From Candidatus Multivorans sp. (GTDB lineage Bacteria > Acidobacteriota > Thermoanaerobaculia > Multivoradales > Multivoraceae), in NCBI GenBank assembly GCA_965247095.1, contig OZ251997.1, positions 4,160,001 to 4,224,000 of the forward strand: a stretch of DNA of 64,000 bases, in the 5' to 3' direction. A program made the translations under genes and the position numbers. A model generated the notes under the pieces. That model was not told the DNA's origin. It did no database searches and worked only from the letters and a program-made list of their open reading frames with translations. Positions 20,378 to 30,127 of the stretch are shown here, piece after piece (the stretch's first letter is position 1; each line of letters starts with the position of its first letter).

Positions 20378-21814
20378 TCAGCTCGCCTTCGGCAGTGCCC
20401 CCATCACGGCCTTGACCTCGAGGAACTCCTCGAAGCCGAAGTCGCCCCATTCGCGGCCGTTGCCGGACTGCTTGTAGCCGCCGAAGGGGGCGCCGAAGTC
20501 GGCGGGGGCGCCGTTGATGTGGACGTTGCCGGCGCGGATCCGGGAGGCCACGCTGCGGGCGTGGTCGAGGTCGCCGGACTGGACGTAGCTGGACAGGCCG
20601 TAGGGAGTGTCGTTGGCGACTCGGACCGCTTCTTCCTCGGTCTCGTAGGGAAGGATCGCCAGCACGGGGCCGAAGATCTCCTCGCGGGCGATCGTCATGT
20701 CGTTGCTGACGCCGCCGAAGACGGTGGGACGAACGTAGTAGCCGCTGCCCATGCCCTCGGGGCGGTCCGTGCCGCCGGTGACGAGCTCGGCGCCCTCTTC
20801 GATGCCCTTGGCGATCAGAGCCTGGATCTTGTCGTACTGGACCTTGCTGACGACGGGACCGATGGCGACGCCTTCCTGTCCCGGCGGGCCGACGACGGTC
20901 GCCTCGGCGGCGGCCTTGGCGACTTCCAGGGCGCGGGCGTGAGCGGCCGCGGGCACGAGCATCCGGGTCGGGGCGTTGCAGGACTGGCCGCTGTTCAGGA
21001 AGCACTGCCGGGTGCCGGCCTTGACCGCCCGGTCGATGTCCGCGTCCTCCAGCACGATGTTCGGCGACTTGCCGCCGAGCTCCTGGGCGACGCGCTTGAT
21101 CGAGTCGGCGGCGGCCTTGGCGACGGCGCGGCCGGCGCGGGTGGAGCCGGTGAAGGACATCATGTCGATCCCGGGGTGGGCCGACATCGCGGCGCCGACC
21201 TCGGGGCCCTCGCCGTTGATCAGGTTGAAGACGCCCGGAGGAACGCCCGCGTCGTGCAGGATCTCGGCGAGCAGGATGGCGTTCAGCGGGGCGACCTCGC
21301 TGGGCTTCAGGACCATCGTGCAGCCGGCGGCGAGCGCCGGGGCGACCTTGCAGGCGATCTGGTTGATCGGCCAGTTCCAGGGCGTGATCAGGCCGCAGAC
21401 GCCGACCGCTTCCTTGACGATGTTGGTCGTGCCGCGTGTCTCGACGAACTCGTAGTTCTTGAGCACGGCGAGCGCGCCCGCGAAGTGACCCATGCCCGAC
21501 GGCGCCTGCGCGGCCTTGGCGAGCCAGGCCGGGGCGCCCATCTCCGCGGAGATCGTCTCGGCCATCTCGCCGATCCGCGCCTTGTAGCCGGCGACGATCC
21601 GGCCCAGGAGCTCGACCCGCTCTTCGCGGCTGGTCTGGGAGAACGACTCGAAGGCGGCCTGCGCCGCGGCCACGGCGCGGTCGACGTCGGCCGCGCTGCC
21701 GAGGCTGATCCGGCCGATCGGCTCTTCCGTCGACGGGTCGATCACGTCCATGGTCTTCGACGTGACCGGGTCGACCCACTCTCCGTTGATGTAGAACTGC
21801 AGCGCTTCCTTCAT
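20378..21814 (-). CDS. Aldehyde dehydrogenase family protein
   Basis: ITPWNWP, LKPSE, FTGSTRAG, ELGGKSP, NSGQSCNA, EEIFGPVL, GGYKQSGNGRE. Confidence 0.95.
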   Translation of the reverse strand: MKEALQFYINGEWVDPVTSKTMDVIDPSTEEPIGRISLGSAADVDRAVAAAQAAFESFSQTSREERVELLGRIVAGYKARIGEMAETISAEMGAPAWLAKAAQAPSGMGHFAGALAVLKNYEFVETRGTTNIVKEAVGVCGLITPWNWPINQIACKVAPALAAGCTMVLKPSEVAPLNAILLAEILHDAGVPPGVFNLINGEGPEVGAAMSAHPGIDMMSFTGSTRAGRAVAKAAADSIKRVAQELGGKSPNIVLEDADIDRAVKAGTRQCFLNSGQSCNAPTRMLVPAAAHARALEVAKAAAEATVVGPPGQEGVAIGPVVSKVQYDKIQALIAKGIEEGAELVTGGTDRPEGMGSGYYVRPTVFGGVSNDMTIAREEIFGPVLAILPYETEEEAVRVANDTPYGLSSYVQSGDLDHARSVASRIRAGNVHINGAPADFGAPFGGYKQSGNGREWGDFGFEEFLEVKAVMGALPKAS

Positions 21815-21873
21815 GGGACCTGTCTCCGCGTGTGTTGTTTTCCGGGACCGGTGAGTGTAGCCCGGATGCGAGG

Positions 21874-23271
21874 CTAGACGCGGCGGAGGACTTCTCTCGC
21901 CGCGCGCTCCCCGCATCCGGCACCGACGGCGATGGCCCGGCTCAAGCCGATGCCGTAGAGCGCATTGCCGGCCAGATAGAAGCCGCCGACCTCATTCAGC
22001 GCAGCCTCGATCCAGGCCACCCGTTGCGGGTGGCCGGGGGCGTACTGCGGGATCGCGTGGGGCCAGCGGGCGATGCTGGTGAAGACCGGCGCGGCGTCGA
22101 TGCCGACCGTGCGGCGTAGTTCTCGGCGGGTGAGGTCGATCAGTTCGTCGTCGTCGAGCTCGGCGGCCTCGGGGTCGACGCTGCCGCCGAACATGGAACG
22201 GGCGAGGAACTGGCCGTCCGGGCTGCGGCCGCGGAAGGTTGCGGTCTCGTACTGGCAGCCGAGCATGCGGATGCCCTCGCCACGGGCGACGAGGAAGCCG
22301 TAAGCGGGCTCCAGGTGGGCTGTGGCCGAGGCGTCGAAGGCGGTGTGGACGACGGCCATCGGCGGCGATTCGATTTGCCGGAGTTCGTCGGCTGCCAGCG
22401 CCGAGACTCCGGCCACGAGATCCGCGACCGCGGGCAGGTCGGCCGCGACCACGACGGCGTCGGCGGCAAGCTCGCCGTCGGAGGAGGTGACGGTGAAGCC
22501 GGCGCCGTCGGCGCGGCGCTTGATCGACGTGACCGCGTGGCCGCAGCGGACCTCGATTCCCGGCATTGCGGCGATGGCATTCGGCAGGGCCTGAATGCCG
22601 TGGCGAAAGGTCTTGTGTCCCGGCGGCGGTACGCCTCGCCTGCGGCCGGCGCGCATGGCCTTGAACAGGGAGCCGTGGGCTTGCTCCATCGCCACGAGCC
22701 GCGGCAAGGCGGCGGCTGCCGAGAGTCTCCGTGCGTCGCCGGCGAAGATGCCGAGGACGACGGGTGAGATCAGGCGTCTGGCGGCCTGCCGGCCCATGCG
22801 GCGGGCGGCGAAGTCGAACAGCGATTCGTCGTCTTCGGCGCTGCCGCTACCTCGTCGACCACGCACCAGGGGCTCCATCGCCAGCCGCGCCAGCCCAAGC
22901 GGTCCGAGCAGGCCGCTCCGGGCGAACGGCAGCGGGCTGCGCGACAGCTCGCGCAGCTTGCCTCCCCGGTAGATGGAGCGGCGGTTCGCCGCCGGCTCGG
23001 GCGAGATGACCTCCTCGCCGAGGCCGCAGGCGTCGATCATCTCCCGCAGCACCGGCTGATCGTCGAGGAAACCCTGCGGGCCGGTCTCGATCAGGAGCCC
23101 GTCGGCCTGCTCCGTCCGCGCCTTGCCGCCGACCTCGGTGTCCGCCTCCAGCACGACGACCTTGAGTGCGATCCCGGCACGCCCTGCCTCGGCGGACGCC
23201 TTCCAGGCGGCGGCCAGTCCGGAAGGCCCGCCGCCGACGATCACCAGGCGGCCGGCCCGCTCGACGCTCAA
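21874..23271 (-). CDS. hemY: Protoporphyrinogen oxidase (HemY type)
   Basis: IVGGGPSGL, E....VGGK, ETGP.GF, GIFAGDARRLS, WPHAIPQY, AGN...GIG; located in the heme cluster. Confidence 0.9.
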   Translation of the reverse strand: MSVERAGRLVIVGGGPSGLAAAWKASAEAGRAGIALKVVVLEADTEVGGKARTEQADGLLIETGPQGFLDDQPVLREMIDACGLGEEVISPEPAANRRSIYRGGKLRELSRSPLPFARSGLLGPLGLARLAMEPLVRGRRGSGSAEDDESLFDFAARRMGRQAARRLISPVVLGIFAGDARRLSAAAALPRLVAMEQAHGSLFKAMRAGRRRGVPPPGHKTFRHGIQALPNAIAAMPGIEVRCGHAVTSIKRRADGAGFTVTSSDGELAADAVVVAADLPAVADLVAGVSALAADELRQIESPPMAVVHTAFDASATAHLEPAYGFLVARGEGIRMLGCQYETATFRGRSPDGQFLARSMFGGSVDPEAAELDDDELIDLTRRELRRTVGIDAAPVFTSIARWPHAIPQYAPGHPQRVAWIEAALNEVGGFYLAGNALYGIGLSRAIAVGAGCGERAAREVLRRV

Positions 23272-24380
23272 ACGTCGCGCTCCGCTTCGGCGTGGACGGC
23301 CTCGGCGTGGACCGTCTCGATCAGGGTCTGCACCGCCTCCAGCGGGGTCTCCGGCAGGACGCCGTGACCCAGGTTCACGATGTGGCCGCGGCCGGGCAGG
23401 CTGTCCAGCAGCCGTCTCGTCTCGCGGCGGATCGCCTCCGCGCCGGCGAGCAGCACGGACGGGTCCAGGTTGCCCTGCAGGCATAGATCCGGCCGGTGCC
23501 GCCGGAGCGCCCCGAGGTCGGTGCGCCAGTCGACGCCGAGCACCTCGCAGGGCAGTTCGGCGTAGTCAGAGGCCAGTTGCGGCGCGGCGTGGAGGAAGAG
23601 GATGCGCGGCGCCCCCGCGTCGCCGACGCGCTGGAGCAGGCGCTCCAGGTGCGGCCGCACGCGCCGGTGCCACTCGGCGCGGGCGAACAGGCCGGCCCAG
23701 GAATCGAACACCTGGACCGCGTCGGCCCCTGCCCGGTGTTGCGCGATCAGGTAGCGGGCGCAGAGGCGGCCGAGCCGGTCGAGCAGGGCGTCGAAGGCCG
23801 CGGGCTCTTCGTAGGCGAACGCCCGCAGCCGGGGGAAGTCGCGCACGCCGCGGCCTTCGACCAGGTAGGCGGCCAGGGTCAGGGGCGCGCCGGCGAACCC
23901 GAGCAGCGCCTTGCCCGGGTCGAGTTCCCGGCGGACGATCCGCTGGGCGGCCGTGACCTCGGGCGCGATCGCGGCTTCGTCGAGATGGTCCGGGTCGGGC
24001 AGGGCGGCTACCGACGCGGCGTCGCGGATCGGTCGGGCGATCACCGGGCCGGGATCGAAGCGGAAGTCGATGCCCAGGGCCGGCAAGGGCGACATGATGT
24101 CGGCGAACGTGATCGCCGCATCGAACGGGAAGCGGCGAAGCGGCATCAGGGTGACCTGGGCCGCCAGTTCGGGGTTGCCCGCGAGTCCGGCGAAACCATG
24201 CCTCTCCTTGAGAGCCCGGTACTCGGGCAGGATGCGTCCGGCCTGCCGCATGATCCACAGCGGCCGTCGCGGCGTGTCCTCGAAGCGCAGCGTCCGCAGG
24301 AGCAGGTTGGTGTCAGGCTGGGCAGAGGTGTTCGGCGACGCGGCCGCCGGACGGGCCGCGGACTCGGCAGAGGCAGTCAC
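23268..24380 (-). CDS. hemE: Uroporphyrinogen decarboxylase
   Basis: PLWIMRQAGRILPEY, DAAITFADI, GFAGAPLTLAAY, QVFDSW, LQGNLDP, NLGHGV. Confidence 0.95.
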   Translation of the reverse strand: MTASAESAARPAAASPNTSAQPDTNLLLRTLRFEDTPRRPLWIMRQAGRILPEYRALKERHGFAGLAGNPELAAQVTLMPLRRFPFDAAITFADIMSPLPALGIDFRFDPGPVIARPIRDAASVAALPDPDHLDEAAIAPEVTAAQRIVRRELDPGKALLGFAGAPLTLAAYLVEGRGVRDFPRLRAFAYEEPAAFDALLDRLGRLCARYLIAQHRAGADAVQVFDSWAGLFARAEWHRRVRPHLERLLQRVGDAGAPRILFLHAAPQLASDYAELPCEVLGVDWRTDLGALRRHRPDLCLQGNLDPSVLLAGAEAIRRETRRLLDSLPGRGHIVNLGHGVLPETPLEAVQTLIETVHAEAVHAEAERDV

Positions 24381-25708
24381 TTGGCGACGTCCGCCGCGCG
24401 GCGGCTCTCCAGCAGCTCCGGTGCTGCGGCGGCGAGGAAGGCGTCGACTCCTTCCTGGCCGATCTCGGTCGCGACGGCGCGCAGACCGACCACCGGCAGG
24501 TGGCTCAGACGCTTTGCCATGGTCGCGGTCCACTGCTTGAGCGCCGCGCGCTCGGTATCGGAGAGATCCTTCAACTCGCCCTGGAGAAGACGGTCGAGGT
24601 TGGCGCCCAGGGAGTCCTGGTACTTCGCGCCGATCGCGCGAATCGCGCCGGCGACCGACCGGGTCGCCATCGCCTCACGGTAGGCGTCGAGTTCCTCGTC
24701 GATCAGGACACGCGCCTCGGCGGTGCGCTCTCGCCGGTTGTGCAGGGTCTGCTGTGCCAGCTCGTTGATGAGGTCCATGCCGATCCGTTCGAGGCCGGCC
24801 GCGTCGGTGTCCCGCGGCGCCGCATCGGCCGGGATCGCCATGTCGACCACCAGCGGCGCCGCGCCCAGCTTCGCCCGTCCGTTGCGGGCCAGGGCGAAGA
24901 GGCAACGTCGATCGACTACGGGCGCCGGCGCGCCGGTCGAGAACAGCACCGCGGTGACCGCCGGGGCTTTGGCGCGGAAGGCGTCGAGGCTCATCGTTTC
25001 GATGGCCGGATCAGGCGCTCCGGACGGGGCCGCTCCCGCAATGCGCGCGGCGAGGTTTTCGGCCTTCCCTGGAGTGCGGTTGACGAGAACCAGGGGCACG
25101 CCCCGGCTGTGCAACCGCTCGGTGCAGGTTTCCGTCATCGCCGCCACGCCGACCAGGGCGACCGGTCCCGCGACGTTGGCCGCTCGCTCGCTCAGCAGGT
25201 CGGCCGCGATCTCGGACAGGGAAGTGCGCCCGTCTCCGATCCCGGTTTCGCGGTGAACGCGCTTGCCCGCCCGGAGCGCGGATTCGACCACCCGCCGGAG
25301 CTCGGAGTCGACCGCACGGCTTGCGGTCGCCTCCTCCAGGGCGTCGCGCAGTTGCCCGCGGATCTCCCGTTCGCCGGGCTGCGCCGAGTCGAGGCCGGAC
25401 GCCACCAGGTAGAGGTGCTCGACGGCGCCCTCTCCCTCCCAACTCCGGAACACCCGCCGCGCGGCGCCGGCGCCCGCGATCAGACGGAGGAGTTCCCGGC
25501 GGCAGGACGCAAGCGTCGCGCCAGGTTCGGCCGAGAAGATGTAGGCCGCCCGGTTGCAGGTGGCGAGGTAGATCAGCCCCTGGGCGCCGATCCTCCCCTT
25601 CAGCCGCCTCAGCGCGGCCGCCCTGCGCTCCGAAGGAAGCGTGTACTGGGCGATTTCCTCGGCTGAGGCATAGCGCCAGGTCGCAGCGACCACGCAGCAG
25701 TTGTCCAT
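24377..25708 (-). CDS. hemA: Glutamyl-tRNA reductase
   Basis: ATCNR, HLY.VASGLDS..PGEREIRGQ, VNRT, VDMAIP.D. Confidence 0.9.
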   Translation of the reverse strand: MDNCCVVAATWRYASAEEIAQYTLPSERRAAALRRLKGRIGAQGLIYLATCNRAAYIFSAEPGATLASCRRELLRLIAGAGAARRVFRSWEGEGAVEHLYLVASGLDSAQPGEREIRGQLRDALEEATASRAVDSELRRVVESALRAGKRVHRETGIGDGRTSLSEIAADLLSERAANVAGPVALVGVAAMTETCTERLHSRGVPLVLVNRTPGKAENLAARIAGAAPSGAPDPAIETMSLDAFRAKAPAVTAVLFSTGAPAPVVDRRCLFALARNGRAKLGAAPLVVDMAIPADAAPRDTDAAGLERIGMDLINELAQQTLHNRRERTAEARVLIDEELDAYREAMATRSVAGAIRAIGAKYQDSLGANLDRLLQGELKDLSDTERAALKQWTATMAKRLSHLPVVGLRAVATEIGQEGVDAFLAAAAPELLESRRAADVAK

Positions 25709-25841
25709 CGGGCGATTCTGACTCAGTTCGACGCGCGGATTGTCACAGGTGTGTCACCGGTTCGCCTCGGGGCCGGGGCTGCCGTTTTCCCGCACGACGA
25801 GTGGCGGCCAGCTAGCCGCTATAGCTATAGCTGGTTCGCGG

Positions 25842-26267
25842 CTACAACGTGATGACGATTCCGCTGCGCTTTCCCGCCTGACGCACGTCCTCGACGAACG
25901 ATCCATCCGTTCTCGCACGGACACTGACAACCTGGATGTCCCCGGCAGCCATGCGATCTCCGAACAGCAGCACCGCGGCGTCTGGATCGCATTGCCGCGA
26001 GGTCCAGATCAGGCCATCCACGTCGTGCTGGTCGTAGATTGCCGCCTCCACGGTTCCGCCCGCGTAGAGCGAAGGAACGCAGCGTCCCTCCTCGTCTTGG
26101 ATCGGCGCGAACCGCGTGTCAGGGCCACGGCACGGATTGAAGTCGTTTCCGGCGAACCGCCGGGGGTGGACACGATGCAGAAGCTCGTGCGGAGCCCTTA
26201 CGACGACGTTGGGTTCGGCGAGAACTTCGGACGGCCGCGGAAGGGCTGCTCCGAAACTCTCATCCAT
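25842..26267 (-). pseudogene. RES-domain toxin, apparently internally deleted
   Basis: HRVH...FNP...TRFAP...LYAG..VEAAIY runs directly into DQHDVDGLIWTSRQCD; the central segment seen in RES proteins appears missing (141 aa). Confidence 0.6.
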
Positions 26268-26772
26268 ACGCCGGTTCCGCGAGCCGGCGGGCTGCCTGGA
26301 CGACCAGCGCGTCGTCGTCCAGCCGGTCCTGGGGTCGGTCGCCGTCGAGCCACCCGTTCGCGGAGGCGAACCACAGCGCCGTTTGCCACGGCGTTATCGT
26401 TGCCGGGAGTTCGGCGAGGACAGCTCCCACCGCGGGCCGTGGCGACCCGTCCTCGAACTGAAACGCGGGGTAATAGTTGCGGCCTTCCATCCGAAGGGCG
26501 AACGTCTTGCCTTCCGCCTTCCAGCGCGACGCCGGCTCGCTCGTGTTCCTGGAGCGCAGCCCCGACGCCAAGTGGATTTCCGCCGCGGTCAGCATCGGCG
26601 TTTCGGTCACGTAGGTGCGGCGCAGTGTCAGGTTGTCGACCGCCAACTCCTCGTCCACGTCGGAATAGTGCGCCCAGAGCCGCACTAGAAGGCTGTCCAA
26701 CAACCGGTCCCAACCTTCGCGCTCCGGCGCGGGCGAGAACTCTTCCCACAGCCGGTTCAAGCGATCGGCCAT
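26260..26772 (-). CDS. Xre/MbcA/ParS-like antitoxin (in frame with hemH, no intervening stop)
   Basis: MLTAAEI...ASRWK.EGK.F...YYPAFQF...PWQTALWF.S.NGWLDG.RP.D.L; overlaps the start of the RES gene. Confidence 0.75.
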   Translation of the reverse strand: MADRLNRLWEEFSPAPEREGWDRLLDSLLVRLWAHYSDVDEELAVDNLTLRRTYVTETPMLTAAEIHLASGLRSRNTSEPASRWKAEGKTFALRMEGRNYYPAFQFEDGSPRPAVGAVLAELPATITPWQTALWFASANGWLDGDRPQDRLDDDALVVQAARRLAEPAYG

Positions 26773-27858
26773 GCCGGCCGCTTTACCGGCAACGTGCTGC
26801 GGACAGCTACTGGCCCGGCGCCACTCTCGCGTGTTCTTCAGGATGAGGTTGGCGAGCGCGTCGAGGTGGTCGGGCCGATCGTTGAGGCAGGGGATGTAGC
26901 GGAGTCGCTCGCCGCCGGACTCTTCGAAGTAGCCGCGGCTCTCGACTTCAATCTCCTCGAGTGTCTCGATGCAGTCGGCGGAGAAGCCGGGGCAGGCGAT
27001 GTCGACGTTCTTGAGCCCGGCTTCGGGTAGTTCGCGCATGGCAACGTCGGTCTTGGGCCGGATCCAGAGTTCGCGGCCGAACTGCGACTGGAAGGTGCTG
27101 AGAACGCGCTCCTCGTCGATGCCGAGTTCCTCGACCAGGAGCCGGGTCGTCTCCAGGCACTGGCACTGGTAGGGGTCGCCGTTGTCGACGTAGCGCTGGG
27201 GCACGCCGTGGTAGGAGAGCACGAGCCGGTCCGGCTCGCCGTGCTCCCAGGTTTCGCGGATGCTCGCGGCGAGAGACCGCAGGAAGCCCGGATCGTCGTA
27301 GTAGCTGTTGATCGTGCGCAGTTCGGGCACCCAGCGCCAGCGGCGGAGCTGCTTGGCGAGCATGTCGATCGTGGAGGCGGTGGTGGCCGCCGAGTACTGT
27401 GGGAAGAGCGGGAAGAACAGCAGGCGGGTGCAGCCCTTGCGGCGCAGTTCGGCGAGCGCGCTCCGGATCGACGGTTCGCCGTACCGCATGCCGAGCGCGA
27501 CATGGAAGGGCGGTTCCCCGTCGCGCCGGCGTTGCCGCAGCCTCGCGGCGATGCCCTCAACCTGGCGGTTGCCGATGGCCAGCAGCGGCGAGCCTTCGTC
27601 GGTCCAGATCTTCTGGTAGAGCTTCGCTACCCGCTGCGGGCGCGTGGTCAGCACGAAGAGGTAGAGGATCGGCAGCCACTTCCAGCGCGGCGCCTCGGCG
27701 ATGCGGGTGTCGCTCAGGAACTGCCGGAGGTAGCGGCGTAAGGCCTTTGCCGTCGGCGCCGCGGGGGTGCCGACGTTGGCCAGCAGGACGCCGATCGCGC
27801 GGCGGTCCGCGTCACCCGGCAGGTGGGGTTCCGGTTCGTAGAGGGATGTGCCGGTCAT
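26773..27858 (-). CDS. hemH: Ferrochelatase (reads through into the antitoxin; ORF stop at 26260)
   Basis: GVLLANVGTP, GMRYGEPS, PLFPQYS, SYHGVP...GDPY..QC, FQSQFG, PGFSADCIETLEEI, YIPCLND. Confidence 0.92.
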
Positions 27859-27872
27859 CTTCGAACTGCGGG

Positions 27873-28832
27873 TCAGATCCAGTCGCGGCGGACCAGGAAC
27901 TCCGAGACGAGGCGCGCTTCGGGGGACCCTGGTTCGGGTTCGTGGTCGTACCGCCAAGCCGCCAGCGGCGGCAGCGACGCGAGGATCGACTCGGTGCGGG
28001 CTCGCGCCTGCAGTCCGTAACGCGTGCCGCGGTCGTACACCAGGTTGAACTCCACGTAGCGCCCGCGGCGGTAGAGCTGGAAGGCGCGCTGCTGCTCGCC
28101 GTATTGCCGGTCCTTGCGGCGTTCGAGGATCGGCAGGTAGGCGGGCAGGAAGTGATCGCCGACGCTGCGGGCGAAAGCGAAGCAGCGCTCGAAGCGGTCG
28201 AGTTCCGGCGGTCGCTCCAGCCGGTTCAGGTCGTCGAAGAAGAGCCCGCCCACGCCGCGCATCTCCTGCCGGTGGGGGAGGAAGAAGTACTCGTCGCAGG
28301 CCGCCTTGTAGCGGTTGTAGAGGTCATCGCCGAACGGTGCGCAGGCTTCGGCCGCCGTGCGATGCCAGTGGATCGCGTCCTCCTCGAATCCGTAGTAGGG
28401 CGTCAGGTCGAAACCGCCGCCGAACCACCAGCCCCCCTCGTCGGCCTCGTTGGCGCCGGCCGGTGGGTGGGCGATGAAGAAGCGGATGTTTGCGTGACTG
28501 GTCGGAGCGTAGGGGTTGCGCGGATGGACGATCAGGGAAATCGATGTTGCCTCGAAGCTGCGCCCCGCGAGTTCCGGGCGCCGCTCGGTGGCGGCGAGGG
28601 GCAGGGAGTCGCCGCGCGAGTGGCTGAAGTTGACCGCCGCCTTCTCGATCACGTCGCCGTCGGTGAGCACCCGCGGTCTGGCCACGCCGCCGCGTTCGTT
28701 CGTGAGTTCCCGGGCGTCGAAGGCGCCGCCGTCGATCTCGACCAGGGCGTCGCAGATCCGGTTCTGGAGTTCCCGAAAGTAGGCGGCAACGAGCCCGGGC
28801 GCCGCGGCGTCCGTACGGGCCGTGGCGGTCAC
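27873..28832 (-). CDS. hemF: Oxygen-dependent coproporphyrinogen III oxidase
   Basis: [60 protein letters not shown]. Confidence 0.95.
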   Translation of the reverse strand: MTATARTDAAAPGLVAAYFRELQNRICDALVEIDGGAFDARELTNERGGVARPRVLTDGDVIEKAAVNFSHSRGDSLPLAATERRPELAGRSFEATSISLIVHPRNPYAPTSHANIRFFIAHPPAGANEADEGGWWFGGGFDLTPYYGFEEDAIHWHRTAAEACAPFGDDLYNRYKAACDEYFFLPHRQEMRGVGGLFFDDLNRLERPPELDRFERCFAFARSVGDHFLPAYLPILERRKDRQYGEQQRAFQLYRRGRYVEFNLVYDRGTRYGLQARARTESILASLPPLAAWRYDHEPEPGSPEARLVSEFLVRRDWI

Positions 28833-30127
28833 GGCGTGGGGATGTCCGCCAGCGCCTCGCCGACGGCGCCGGCGAAGCCGGCCAGCGTTTCCTCGTCGTG
28901 CGCGAGGGACAGGAAGCCGACCTCGTACGCGGAAGGGGCGAGCATGTAGCCGCGATCGAGGAGGCCGCGGTGGAGCAGCGCGAAGATCTCGGCGGTGTTC
29001 GGGTGGAAGCTGTCCGTCCGTCGCGGCAGCTCTCCGTCGCCGTAGGCGAGCCAGAAGATGGAGCCGTAGCGGACCAGGCGGTAGGGGTGGCCGCTCGATG
29101 CAAGGACGGGGCCGAGTTCGCGGTCGAGCAACGACCCCAGTGCGTCCATGCGGTCCCAGCCGTCGTTGGCCTGCAGTTCGCGCAGGGTGGCAAGCCCCGC
29201 GGCGACGGCCAGCGGATTCCCGGACAGGGTGCCGGCCTGGTAGACGGGGCCGAGGGGCGAGAGTCGATCCATCAGATGCGCCGGCCCGCCGTAGGCGCCG
29301 ACCGGCAGCCCGCCGCCGATCACTTTGCCCAGGGTGTAGAGATCGGGTTCGATGCCGAGCCTCGCGCCGACGGTGATGCCAGGGACCCGGAAGCCACTCA
29401 GCACTTCGTCGAGGATCAGCAGCGCGCCGTGTTCGGTGCACCGGCGGCGCAGTCGCTCGAGGTACTCCGGACGCTGCACCAGCAGGCCATTGTTCGCGGG
29501 CAGGGGCTCGATGATGACGGCCGCGAGCCCGTCACCGTGGCGGCGGAACGCTTCGTCCAGCGCGTCGTCGTCGTCGAGCGGCAGGACGATCGTGTCGCGG
29601 GCGGTGGCCGCCGGGATGCCGGCGCTCGACGCGATCCCGAAGGTGGCGAGGCCGCTTCCGGCTTCGACCAGGAGCGCGTCGACGTGACCGTGGTAGCAGC
29701 CCTCGAACTTGAGCACCAGGTCGCGGCCGGTGCAGCCGCGCGCGAGCCGGATCGCGGACTGGGTCGCCTCGGTGCCCGAGTTGACGAAACGGATCTTCTC
29801 GATGCCGGGGACGAGTTCCTTGACCGTTCGCGCCAGCTCGACCTCGCCTTCGTGCGGTGCGGCGAAGGAAGTGCCGCGTGCGGCGGCCTCCCGCACCGCC
29901 TCGACGACCGCCGGATGACTGTGTCCCAGCACCAGGGGCCCGAACGAGCCGATGAAGTCGACGTAGCTCCGGCCGTCGACGGAGCGCATCACCGCGCCCT
30001 CGGCGTCGGCGATGAAGGGCGGCGTGCCGCCGACGGCGCGGTAGGCGCGTACCGGGCTGTTCACGCCGCCGACCAAGTGCCGCTGCGCCTCCGCCCAGAG
30101 TTCCTCGCTGGTTCTTCCGGCGCTCAT
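28829..30127 (-). CDS. hemL: Glutamate-1-semialdehyde 2,1-aminomutase
   Basis: [52 protein letters not shown]. Confidence 0.95.
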   Translation of the reverse strand: MSAGRTSEELWAEAQRHLVGGVNSPVRAYRAVGGTPPFIADAEGAVMRSVDGRSYVDFIGSFGPLVLGHSHPAVVEAVREAAARGTSFAAPHEGEVELARTVKELVPGIEKIRFVNSGTEATQSAIRLARGCTGRDLVLKFEGCYHGHVDALLVEAGSGLATFGIASSAGIPAATARDTIVLPLDDDDALDEAFRRHGDGLAAVIIEPLPANNGLLVQRPEYLERLRRRCTEHGALLILDEVLSGFRVPGITVGARLGIEPDLYTLGKVIGGGLPVGAYGGPAHLMDRLSPLGPVYQAGTLSGNPLAVAAGLATLRELQANDGWDRMDALGSLLDRELGPVLASSGHPYRLVRYGSIFWLAYGDGELPRRTDSFHPNTAEIFALLHRGLLDRGYMLAPSAYEVGFLSLAHDEETLAGFAGAVGEALADIPTP

